From assembly GCA_046726415.1 (NCBI GenBank), contig JBKPAK010000284.1, forward strand, positions 1 through 21,830: 21,830 nucleotides of DNA, in the 5' to 3' direction. The notes under the pieces were generated by a model that worked only from the letters and a program-made list of their open reading frames with translations, made no database searches and had not been told where the DNA came from. Below are positions 7,646 through 15,794 of the stretch, piece after piece. The translations under genes and the position numbers were made by a program. Each line of letters opens with the position of its first letter. The first letter of the stretch is position 1. The DNA comes from Candidatus Methylomirabilota bacterium (lineage in GTDB: Bacteria > Methylomirabilota > Methylomirabilia > Rokubacteriales > CSP1-6).

Positions 7646-8395
7646 ACCTGATCGGCTTCCCCGAGCTCGGGCTGACGCCGTTCTTCCCGAACCGCCTCGA
7701 GCGCGACAACGAGCCCTGGTTCGACGAGCTGCCCGGGCCGCTGACCGAGCGCCTGTTCGGGATCGCGCGCGAGGCGGGCATGGTCGTCGTGTTCGGCTAC
7801 GGCGAGAAAGACGGCATGAGGCACTACAACTAGGCGCTCGTGATCGACGCCGATGGCCGCGTGCTCGGCAAGTACCGCAAGACGCACATCCCGGCCTACT
7901 TCCCGTCGACCCGCCCGGGGGGCACGGGGAGCTTCGAGCGTCTGTACTTCGCGCCGGGCGACCTGGGCTTCCCGGTATTCGACACCGCGAAGGGGCGCCT
8001 GGGCGTCCAGATCTGCTATGACCGAGTGTTCCCCGAGGGCTCGCGAATCCTCGGCCTCAAGGGCGCGGAGCTCGTGGTGTACCCGCACAACTATTCGACC
8101 TACGGGTTCGCCTACCGGGGCCGGGCGTGGGGCCGGCTCACCCAGGCGCGTGCCTACGAGAATGGCTTCTTTGCCGTGGGTGCCGAACAAGGCGGGCCAG
8201 GAAGGGCCGCGCGACAACGCCGGGCGCTCGCTGATCATCTCACCGCTCGGCGGCGACATCATCGCCGAGGGCTCAGGCGACCGCGAGGAGCTGGTGGTCG
8301 CGGACATCGACCTCGACGACGTGGTCGAGGCGCGGAAGCGGCTGCCCTTCTGGCGCGATCGCCGGCCGGAGATCTATGGAGAGTTGATCCGCTGA
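7625..8395 (+). pseudogene. Carbon-nitrogen hydrolase (nitrilase superfamily, N-carbamoyl-amidohydrolase-like) with N-terminal loss, nonsense codon and frameshift
   Basis: Catalytic triad motifs GFPE, YRKTHIP and QICYDR are present, with C-terminal RDRRPEIYGELI. TAG at 7831-7833 interrupts YN*ALVID. An extra G lies in GGG 8178-8180 (FFAV/VPNKAGQEG). The N-terminal beta-strand and start are absent. Confidence 0.9.
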
Positions 8396-8401
8396 GCGCG
8401 G

Positions 8402-8430
8402 TTGCTGCGTCTGCCGGCCACGTCTATCAT
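8402..8430 (+). promoter_or_regulatory. Putative sigma70-type promoter of the first Liv-type ABC operon
   Basis: TTGCTG (8402-8407), 17-nt spacer, TATCAT (8425-8430). SD GGAGGAG lies before ATG 8461. Confidence 0.55.
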
Positions 8431-8460
8431 GCGCACACCCGACCCGACGGAGGAGAGGCC

Positions 8461-9693
8461 ATGAAGAGACTGCGGACGCTGTCTATGACTCGCCTGGCGG
8501 CGCGCGACGGCCGCCCCTCGGCTCGTACGACCGGCTTCCTCCTGGCGCTGGCGGTGGCAATGCTCCTGGCCGTCCCGGCGCCAGGCACGGGGGCGGAGCA
8601 GGGCGTGACGAAGGATGAGGTCAAGATCGGCGCGTTCGGCCCCCTGAGCGGTCCCGTCTACATGTACGGTCGGCTGACGATGAACGGGCTAGAGGCCCTC
8701 CTCGAGAAGGTCAACCAGCAGGGCGGCGTTCACGGCCGCAAGCTCAAGCTCATCCGCGAGGACGACGACTGCAAGCCGGAGCGCAGCATCGCAGCCGTGC
8801 GCAAGCTCATCTACGAGCACAAGGTGTTCCTGATCAACGGCGGCGCCTGCTCCAACTCGACCCTCGCTGCCAAACCAGAGGTGGTCAAGGCCGGCATCCC
8901 AATGGTCGTCAACTCCGCCGTGGCCGACGGCATCTCGACGCCGCCATCGCCGTCGATCTACACCACCCAGCTTACTGCCACCATCGAGAGCCGCGCCCAG
9001 GTGAAGTACGCGCTCGAGCAGAAGGCTAAGAAGCTCGCGGTCGTCGCGCAGCACGACGCCTGGGGCCGGGCGCGGTACGACCCGATGCTGACCGCGCTCA
9101 AGGACCAGAGCATCAAGGCGGTGGCCGACGAGGAGATGACGGTCGACCAGAACGACGGGACGGCGCAGGCGCTCCGGCTCATGCAGTCGGGAGCGGACGC
9201 GGTCCTGCTCGTCGTCTACCCTAAGCCGGCCGCGGTGCTGATCCGCGACTCCCTCAAGCTCGGTTACAAGCCGCTGTGGATTGGCCAAACGGCGATCCAG
9301 GACCTGCCGCAGCTCCAGGAGCAGGTCGGGATCCCGGGGGCCCTCGATCGGTTCGTAAGCATCTCCACGATTCCCGGGCATCCCGACGACCCCGAGATGG
9401 CCGAGTGGCGGGAGCGCATTAAGGCGCTGTTCCCAAGCGACGCGCTGTCCGTCTTCAACCTGATGGGCATCGGCAGCGGCATGGTCGTGGTGGAGGCGCT
9501 CCGGCGCGCCGGTCCGGACCTCACGCGCGAGAAGTTCCTTAAAGCGATGGGAACGATCAAGAACTTCAAGACCGGGATGTACCCTGGCCCGATCACCTGC
9601 AATCCACCGACGAGCCACCAGTGCAACCAGAGCGTGGCGTGGATCAAGCTCGAAGGCAAGCCCAAGGTCATCGGGGTGACCACTCTCGACTAG
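8461..9693 (+). CDS. Branched-chain amino acid (LivJ/LivK-type, PBP1) ABC substrate-binding protein
   Basis: SD plus ATG 8461, a hydrophobic signal peptide, then QGVTKDEVKIGAFGPLSGP, VNQQGGVHGRKLKLIREDD and ALRRAGPDLTREKF. 410 aa. The tracked 617-aa ORF is an artefact of the upstream frameshift. Confidence 0.92.
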   Translation: MKRLRTLSMTRLAARDGRPSARTTGFLLALAVAMLLAVPAPGTGAEQGVTKDEVKIGAFGPLSGPVYMYGRLTMNGLEALLEKVNQQGGVHGRKLKLIREDDDCKPERSIAAVRKLIYEHKVFLINGGACSNSTLAAKPEVVKAGIPMVVNSAVADGISTPPSPSIYTTQLTATIESRAQVKYALEQKAKKLAVVAQHDAWGRARYDPMLTALKDQSIKAVADEEMTVDQNDGTAQALRLMQSGADAVLLVVYPKPAAVLIRDSLKLGYKPLWIGQTAIQDLPQLQEQVGIPGALDRFVSISTIPGHPDDPEMAEWRERIKALFPSDALSVFNLMGIGSGMVVVEALRRAGPDLTREKFLKAMGTIKNFKTGMYPGPITCNPPTSHQCNQSVAWIKLEGKPKVIGVTTLD

Positions 9694-9703
9694 GGAGCCG
9701 CCC

Positions 9704-10585
9704 ATGCTGATGTTCAGCTACCTCCTGGCCACCGGGATCACCACGGGGGCCCTCTACGCGCTGGTCGCGCTCGGGATCGTGATCGTCTACAAGGCCACGG
9801 AGGTCGTGAATCTCGCCCACGGTGAGCTCTTCATGATCGGCGGCTTCCTCGCCTACACGTTCCATGTGATGGGCGGCCTCCCCTACGTCCCCTCGCTGGT
9901 TCTCGCGGTGGCGGGGGCCTTCGCTGTCGGCGTCCTCACCGACCGGATCGCCTATCGGCCGCTGATGCGGCAGGGGCTTGTCAGCGTCCTCCTCGCCACC
10001 ATCGGCTGCTCGTTCATCCTCAAGGGCGTCGCGCGCGTGCTGTGGGGCGGGAAAGGCGACTATCTCGCCTTTCCGCCCCTCGTCTCGCCCGAGCCGATCC
10101 GCGTCGGCAACATCATGGTGATGTCGCAGCAGCTGGTGGTGCTGGGAGCGGCCCTCGCCGTCATGGCGCTGTTTGCCGCCTTCTTCAAGCTGACGCGCGC
10201 CGGCAAGTGGATGCAGGCGACGGCGAGCAATCCGAAGGCGGCGACCTTGTCCGGCATCCGCGTGAGCCGGGTCTACATGTACACGTTCGGCGTCGGGGCC
10301 GCGGTGGCCGGCGCCTCCGCCGTGCTCATGGCCCCGCTGACGTTGCTCTATCCGGACATTGGCTTCGTCCTGTTCGTGAAGGGCTTCGCCGCCGCCGTGC
10401 TCGGTGGGCTGACCAGTGTACCGGGCGCCATCCTTGGCGGGCTCCTTGTCGGTATCCTCGAGCAGTTCGCCGCGGGGTTCCTCCACACGAAGGTCCAGGA
10501 CGTGTCGGCCTTCGTCGTCATCATGTTGGCGCTGATCTTCCTGCCCACGGGGATCCTGGGCGTCCGGGGCGTGCGAAAGATCTGA
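9704..10585 (+). CDS. livH: Liv-type ABC permease, LivH family
   Basis: GALYALVALGIVIVYKATEVVNLAHGELFMIG, TRAGKWMQATASN, KGFAAAVLGGLTSVPGAILGG and LPTGILG. Confidence 0.92.
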   Translation: MLMFSYLLATGITTGALYALVALGIVIVYKATEVVNLAHGELFMIGGFLAYTFHVMGGLPYVPSLVLAVAGAFAVGVLTDRIAYRPLMRQGLVSVLLATIGCSFILKGVARVLWGGKGDYLAFPPLVSPEPIRVGNIMVMSQQLVVLGAALAVMALFAAFFKLTRAGKWMQATASNPKAATLSGIRVSRVYMYTFGVGAAVAGASAVLMAPLTLLYPDIGFVLFVKGFAAAVLGGLTSVPGAILGGLLVGILEQFAAGFLHTKVQDVSAFVVIMLALIFLPTGILGVRGVRKI

Positions 10586-10586
10586 C

Positions 10587-11720
10587 GTGCCGTTGCTTGT
10601 CGGCCACCGGAGCTTCCTGGTCGTCCTCTTCGCGGTCCTCGCGCTGCTGCCCGCCGTAGCCAACCAGTACACCCTCTTCGTCGGCAACCTGATGCTCCTC
10701 TACATCATCCTGGCCCTCGGCTTGAACCTGCTCGTCGGGTTCGCGGGGCAGCTCGCCTTCGCCAACGCCGCCATGTTCGGGATCGGCGCCTACGGAGCAG
10801 GGCTCCTGCAGGTGAAGCTCGGGCTCTCGTACTGGATTGCCGCACCGAGCGGTGCTCTGATGGCCATGGGCATCGGAACCCTGCTCGCCTTCCCGGCGCT
10901 GCGGCTTTCGGGGATCTATCTGGCGCTGGCGACCTTGGCCTTCGCGCAGGCGACCCAGTGGGTGCTCCTCCACTGGGAGAAGGTCACGTTTGGCGCCGGA
11001 GGCTTTCCGGTGCCGGAGCCGGACTTCAGCTGGTTGGGGCTCACCGCCGACCACGGCATCTACTACGTGAGCTGGATCGTTACCGTGACGCTGGTGGCCT
11101 TCGCCTGGCACGCCATGCGCTCGCGCATCGGGCGCGCGTTCGTCGCCATGCGCGACGGAGAGATCGCCGCGCAGGCGCTCGGGATCGATTTGCTCAAGTA
11201 CAAGTCGATGGCGTTCGCGCTGTCGGGCTTCTACGCGGGGGCCGCGGGTGCCCTATACTGCGCCGTCCTCGACTACGTGTCCCCGGAGGGCTTCGACCTC
11301 TTCCAGATGGTGCTGCACAAGGCGATGATCGTGGTGGGCGGCCTCGGCTCGGTGGTCGGCTCTGTGCTGGGCGCGGCCTTGCTCGTTTACCTGCTCGAGG
11401 TCCTTCGCGAGTTCAAGGCCACGCAGGAGATCGCCTTCGGCGCCCTGCTGCTCGGCTTCGTGCTCTTTCAGCCCCGCGGGTTGGTCGACCTGCTCCGGCG
11501 GCGGGTCCCCGGCTGGGGCGAGTCGCTCCACGCCGTGCCGCGGTCGACCGCCGCCCCGCCCCCCGTGGATCGCCAGCCGGCACCGGCGGCGACGGCAAAG
11601 CTCCCGAACGAATCGGATCTCGAGCCGCGGTCGGGGCGTTCCGCGGCGCGTGGCAGTGAGGGGGGATTGGGGCACCCATCGACGCCTCCGACGAGCTCGG
11701 ACCGCCAGCCGCCGACGTGA
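10587..11720 (+). CDS. livM: Liv-type ABC permease, LivM family, with Pro-rich C-terminal tail
   Basis: GLNLLVGFAGQLAFANAAMFGIGAY, LRLSGIYLALATLAF, SRIGRAFVAMRDGEIAAQALGI and QPRGL. Confidence 0.92.
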   Translation: MPLLVGHRSFLVVLFAVLALLPAVANQYTLFVGNLMLLYIILALGLNLLVGFAGQLAFANAAMFGIGAYGAGLLQVKLGLSYWIAAPSGALMAMGIGTLLAFPALRLSGIYLALATLAFAQATQWVLLHWEKVTFGAGGFPVPEPDFSWLGLTADHGIYYVSWIVTVTLVAFAWHAMRSRIGRAFVAMRDGEIAAQALGIDLLKYKSMAFALSGFYAGAAGALYCAVLDYVSPEGFDLFQMVLHKAMIVVGGLGSVVGSVLGAALLVYLLEVLREFKATQEIAFGALLLGFVLFQPRGLVDLLRRRVPGWGESLHAVPRSTAAPPPVDRQPAPAATAKLPNESDLEPRSGRSAARGSEGGLGHPSTPPTSSDRQPPT

Positions 11721-12517
11721 GTGATCTGGGCAGCGACATCCTCACGGTCGAGGACGTCTCGATCTCGTTCGGAGGCGTGCGCGCGCTCAGCGATGTCTCG
11801 ATGAGCGTGAAGGCGGGCGAGATCGTGGGCGTGATCGGGCCGAACGGCGCTGGCAAGACGACCTTGCTCAACGTGGTCTCGGGCATGAACACGCCGGACC
11901 GCGGGCAAGTCACGCTGGACGGCACCGCGATCACCGGCCGAAAGCCGAGCCGCATCGCCGGCTTGGGGCTCGGCCGCACCTTCCAGGCCTCTCAGCTCTT
12001 TCCTGGCATGTCCGTGCTCGAGAACATGCTGACGGGGCTTCACCTCCGGAGCCGCGCCGGGCTCTTCGCCGCGGCGGTGCGGGCGCCGGCGATGCGGGAG
12101 GAAGAGGCCGCGATGCGGGCGCGGGCGCTGGAGGCGCTCGAGTTCGTTGGGCTGCGCGCCTTCGCGCCGCGACCGGGGAACGCGCTGTCGTTCGGACAGC
12201 AGCGCATCGTCGAGATTGCTCGCACGCTCATCAGCGAGCCTAAGGTGGTCTTGCTGGACGAGCCCGCTGTCGGGCTCAGCCTCACTCGCGTCGCCGAGCT
12301 GGACGCGCTGCTGCGGCGAATCCGGGACGAGCGCGGCGTGACGCTCGTCATGATCGAGCACGTGATCCGGCTCGTCATGGGCGTGTCGGACCGCGTGGTC
12401 GTGCTGAACTCCGGGCAGAAGATCGCCGAGGGCCGGCCGGAGGACATCCGCCGCGACCCCGCCGTGATCGAGGCCTACCTCGGGAGACACCTGGATGCTG
12501 GACGTCCGGCACCTTGA
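11717..12517 (+). CDS. livG: Liv-type ABC ATPase, LivG family
   Basis: FGGVRAL, Walker A GPNGAGKTT, GRTFQ, LSFGQQRIVEIAR, LLDEPAVG, IEH and DPAVIEAYLG. GTGA overlap with livM. Confidence 0.93.
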   Translation: MSDLGSDILTVEDVSISFGGVRALSDVSMSVKAGEIVGVIGPNGAGKTTLLNVVSGMNTPDRGQVTLDGTAITGRKPSRIAGLGLGRTFQASQLFPGMSVLENMLTGLHLRSRAGLFAAAVRAPAMREEEAAMRARALEALEFVGLRAFAPRPGNALSFGQQRIVEIARTLISEPKVVLLDEPAVGLSLTRVAELDALLRRIRDERGVTLVMIEHVIRLVMGVSDRVVVLNSGQKIAEGRPEDIRRDPAVIEAYLGRHLDAGRPAP

Positions 12518-13199
12518 GGTCTGGTACGGCCCCACCGAGGTTTTGCGGGACGTCTCGTTCACCGTCTCTGCCACGACCATCGTCGCGCTCCTGGGCGGCA
12601 ACGGATCGGGTAAGACGACGGTCCTCAACGCCCTGAGCGGCCTCGTGCCGCCCCGCGCCGGCACCGTGCTGCTCGACGGCGATCCCATCACCGGTGCCTC
12701 GCCGGACCGCGTGGTGAGACGGGGCGTCGTGCAGATCCCCCAGGGCCGTGAGGTGTTTGCCGACATGACCGTCGAGGACAACCTGGCCGTCGGCGCGGCC
12801 ATCCGCCGCGACAGGCGCGCGATTCGCCAGGATCTCGGGGAGATTTTCGAGCTGTTTCCGGTCCTGCGCGAGCGCCGAAGGACGCGGGCGGGGGCGCTCT
12901 CGGGCGGCGAGCAGACGCAGCTCTCCATCGGGCGCGCCCTCATGGCGCGACCGCGGCTCCTGCTGATGGACGAGCCCTCGGTGGGGCTCGCCCCCCTCGT
13001 GGTCGAGACCGTGATCGAGACCACGCGCACCCTTCGCGCCCGGGGGCTCACGATCCTCCTCGTGGAGCAGAACGTCGGCGTGGCCGCGGCCGTCGCCGAC
13101 CAGGCCCACGTGCTGAAGGACGGTGTGATCGCCTACTCCGGCCCCGCCCGGGAGCTGACCGACAATCCCGAGGTGCTGGCCTCGTACCTCGGGCGCTGA
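12495..13199 (+). CDS. livF: Liv-type ABC ATPase, LivF family
   Basis: GGNGSGKTT, IPQGREVF, LSGGEQ, LLMDEPSVGLAP, LLVEQN and SYLG. Confidence 0.93.
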   Translation: MLDVRHLEVWYGPTEVLRDVSFTVSATTIVALLGGNGSGKTTVLNALSGLVPPRAGTVLLDGDPITGASPDRVVRRGVVQIPQGREVFADMTVEDNLAVGAAIRRDRRAIRQDLGEIFELFPVLRERRRTRAGALSGGEQTQLSIGRALMARPRLLLMDEPSVGLAPLVVETVIETTRTLRARGLTILLVEQNVGVAAAVADQAHVLKDGVIAYSGPARELTDNPEVLASYLGR

Positions 13200-13205
13200 G
13201 GGCGC

Positions 13206-13333
13206 TCAACCGCGCACGAGGCGGCCGTAGAGGTCCGGCCGGCGGTCGCGTCACTCCGGCATGTGGCGGCGTCCCGCGGCGTGCCGGCGTGTCGAACGGC
13301 GACGCGAAGGCGCCGGCGCCGTCCGCGTCTCAT
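13206..13333 (-). pseudogene. 128-bp remnant of a second carbon-nitrogen hydrolase gene (only the N- and C-terminal ends left)
   Basis: ATG 13333 overlaps the hydantoinase stop (ATGA) and reads MRRGRRRRLRVAV. Bases 13250-13206, in another frame, read RDRRPDLYGRLVRG*, the family C-terminal motif (compare RDRRPEIYGELIR ending at 8395). Confidence 0.72.
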
Positions 13334-14218
13334 CGCACAGGGCCGCCGATCGGCGGAACCGGACCTCCGCGGTGGAGGTATTGCCCGTAGCCTAGCCCCT
13401 GCTCGAGTCTCCCCTGGTTCAGCAGCATCTCCCCGCGCAGCAAGGTCATCCACGGCCGGCCGCGCATCTTCCAGCCCTCGTAGAGCGTCATGCCGGCGAT
13501 CCCGAGGAGGTCGGCGGCGGTCATCGTCCACTCCGGCTCGGGATCGATGATCAGCAGGTCTGCGTCGGCGCCGACGCGAATCGCCCCCTTTCGCGGGTAC
13601 AGCCCGAAGATCCGGGCGGAGTTCTCGGCCAGCACGCGGGCCATCCACGGCAGAGGCAGCCCGCGCTTGACGACGCCCTCGCTGTACATGAGCGGCACCA
13701 TCGTTTCGATGGACGGCGCGCCGAACGGGATCGGATGGCCCGTGGGGTCGAGGAAGATGTTCTTCCAGCCCGGCTCCTTCGTCTCCTTCCGGCGCGGCGC
13801 GTGGTCGCTGCCGACGGTGGAGATATAGCCGCCGGCCAGGCCGCCCCACAGCGCGTCGCCGTCCGGGCCGTCCGCGGGACGGAGTGGCGGGCCCATCTTC
13901 GCGTACGGTCCCCAGCGCTCCATCTCGCGGTCGGTCAAGAGCAGGTACTGCGGGCACGTCTCCGTCCACACGCGCTGCCCGGAGATCTGCGCGCGCTTGA
14001 TCCGCTCGAGGCCGAGCTGGGTCGAAAGGTGCACGACGTAGACCGGCGAGCCGGTCATCGCGCCCATCCCGATCGCGCGATTGATCGCCTCCTCTTCCGC
14101 CCACGCCGGGCAGCTCGGCGGGTAGTGGCGCGGCTCTAGCCGACCCTCGGCCAGCGCTTTGTTCTCGAGGAAGTCGAGGACGTCGCCGTTCTCGCAATGA
14201 AGCTGGGTGATCCCCCCC
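13330..14218 (-). pseudogene. Dihydropyrimidinase/D-hydantoinase-family cyclic amidohydrolase, 5' part deleted
   Basis: Motifs QLHCENGD, AEEEAINRA, VYVVHLS, ETCPQYL, KMGPPLR, TVGSDHAP, IFGLYPRKGAIRVGADADLLIIDP and LYEGW are present. The N-terminal HxH and carboxylated Lys region is absent, and upstream DNA belongs to the opposite-strand SBP. Confidence 0.88.
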
Positions 14219-14851
14219 GACGCCCCCCTCGGCACGCGCGACTTCCTGCCCTTTCTTCCCAAGGCCGCCGCCGTCAAGGCCGACGTCATCTTCGTGGTCA
14301 CGTGGGCCGCCGACCAGGTGGCCTGCGCCAAGCAGATCCAGGAGTTGGGGCTGCGCAAGCAGGCGCAAGTCATTCACGGCATCACCGAGCTCACCTTCGC
14401 CGAGGCCGCGGGCAAGGGCGTCTACGAAGGCACCTATAGTGGGATGCCGTGGTACTGGCATGTGAAAGACAAGTATACCGGCGCCAAGGCGTACTACGAC
14501 AAGCACATGGCCCGGCGCAAGCGCGCGCCCTCGGGCTACGCCGCCTCCACCTACGGCACCGTGCGCGTGCTGCTCGACTCCGCCAAGGAGGTGAAGAGCC
14601 TCGACACCGAGAAGGTCATCCGGGCCATCGAGGGGCGAAAGTTTCAGTACCTCAAGGGGCCGGAGTACATTCGCGCCTGCGACCACGTCAACATCCAGGA
14701 GGTCTTCCTCTGCCGGGGCAAGGCGGCTTCGGCCATGAAGGACGACTGGGACTACTTCGAGATCGTCCAGGCTGTGGGTGGTGAGGAGAGCGCCGAGACC
14801 TGCGAGAGCGAGGGCTTCGACCCCAAGAAGCGCCTGAGCGACCAGGCCTGA
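14219..14851 (+). pseudogene. Liv-type ABC substrate-binding protein, C-terminal half only
   Basis: APLGTRDFLPFLPK, KADVIFV, KQIQELGL, SLDTEKVIRAIEG and YIRACDH. There is no signal peptide or N-terminal lobe (about 210 aa versus 410 aa for the intact SBP at 8461). Confidence 0.85.
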
Positions 14852-14890
14852 ACCGGCGGGCCGCCCTGCGCCAACGGCGGGCGGACCGGT
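14852..14890 (+). other. Intergenic stem-loop after the SBP gene (mRNA stabiliser or partial terminator)
   Basis: ACCGG 14852-14856 pairs with CCGGT 14886-14890. CCGCCC 14861-14866 pairs with GGGCGG 14879-14884, with an inner GCC/GGC pair. There is no U-tract. Confidence 0.4.
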
Positions 14891-14891
14891 C

Positions 14892-15794
14892 GTGACGGTT
14901 TTCGGCTACCCGCTCGAAGTCTGGACGACTCAGCTCTTCATCGGCTTGGTGAACGGCTGCATCCTCATCCTCGTCGCCCAGGGCCTGTCCATCGTCTTCG
15001 GACTCATGGGGATCATCAACTTCGCGCACGGCATCTTCTACATGCTTGGCGCCTATGTCGGCTGGCTCACGGTCCACCTGACCGGAAACTTCTGGCTCTC
15101 CTTGCTGGTCGCCCCGGCCGTGGTAGGCGGCGTCGGGATCCTGGTGGAGATCGGCGTTCTCCGGCGCATCTACGGCACGCGGAACGCAAACTTCGCCGGC
15201 GTCCTCGTCACCTATGGCCTGGCCATCATGATCCCCGACGTCATTCGCATGGTCTTCGGGCGGCCGGGCAAGCCCTTCGCCGTCCCTAAGGTCCTCACCG
15301 GATCGCTCCTCACGTTGGGGGGGACCGACATTGGCAGTTACCGGATCTTCATCATCCTGGTCACGGCGGCGCTTCTTCCTCTGCTCTGGTTCCTTCTCAA
15401 CCGCACGAACCTCGGCATGGTGATTCGGGCGGGCACCAGCGACAACGTCATGGTCCAGCTCCTCGGGATCAACGTGGCCCGCACGTGGACGACCACCTAT
15501 GCGCTTGGCGCGGCCCTGGCCGCCTTTGCCGGCGTCATCACCGCTCCGCTGATCGCGGTGGCTCCCGAGATGGGAGGCCTCATCCTCATCGAGTGCTTCA
15601 TCGTGACGGTGGTGGGAGGGATGGGCAGCTTCGTAGGCCCCATTGCGGGCGGGATTCTCATCGGCGAGGTGCTGGCCCTCACCGGCATGGTGTACGACGT
15701 CTTCGCCGACGTGGTGATCTACCTCCTGATGGCGGTGGTGCTCCTGGTGCGCCCGCGCGGGCTCTTCGGCCAGGAGGGAGTGTCCGAGGAGTGA
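14892..15794 (+). CDS. livH: Liv-type ABC permease, LivH family
   Basis: GLSIVFGLMGIINFAHGIFYMLGAY, RTNLGMVIRAG, FIVTVVGGMGSFVG and LLVRPRGLFG. Confidence 0.92.
   Translation: MTVFGYPLEVWTTQLFIGLVNGCILILVAQGLSIVFGLMGIINFAHGIFYMLGAYVGWLTVHLTGNFWLSLLVAPAVVGGVGILVEIGVLRRIYGTRNANFAGVLVTYGLAIMIPDVIRMVFGRPGKPFAVPKVLTGSLLTLGGTDIGSYRIFIILVTAALLPLLWFLLNRTNLGMVIRAGTSDNVMVQLLGINVARTWTTTYALGAALAAFAGVITAPLIAVAPEMGGLILIECFIVTVVGGMGSFVGPIAGGILIGEVLALTGMVYDVFADVVIYLLMAVVLLVRPRGLFGQEGVSEE

Noticed and set aside
7831..7833. In-frame TAG as pyrrolysine or readthrough
   Set aside because: The same gene also has a frameshift and lacks its N-terminus. TAG is one change from TCG (Ser of YNSA), and TAG is used as a normal stop elsewhere in the window.
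7840..9693. 617-aa nitrilase-SBP fusion ORF
   Set aside because: It is created by the +1 frameshift at 8179. The hydrolase C-terminus is in another frame ending at 8395, and the SBP has its own promoter, SD, ATG and signal peptide.
13330..14373. 347-aa hydantoinase and 214-aa SBP (14207-14851) as complete overlapping genes
   Set aside because: The tracked starts lie in each other's antisense sequence, and essential N-terminal regions are missing.
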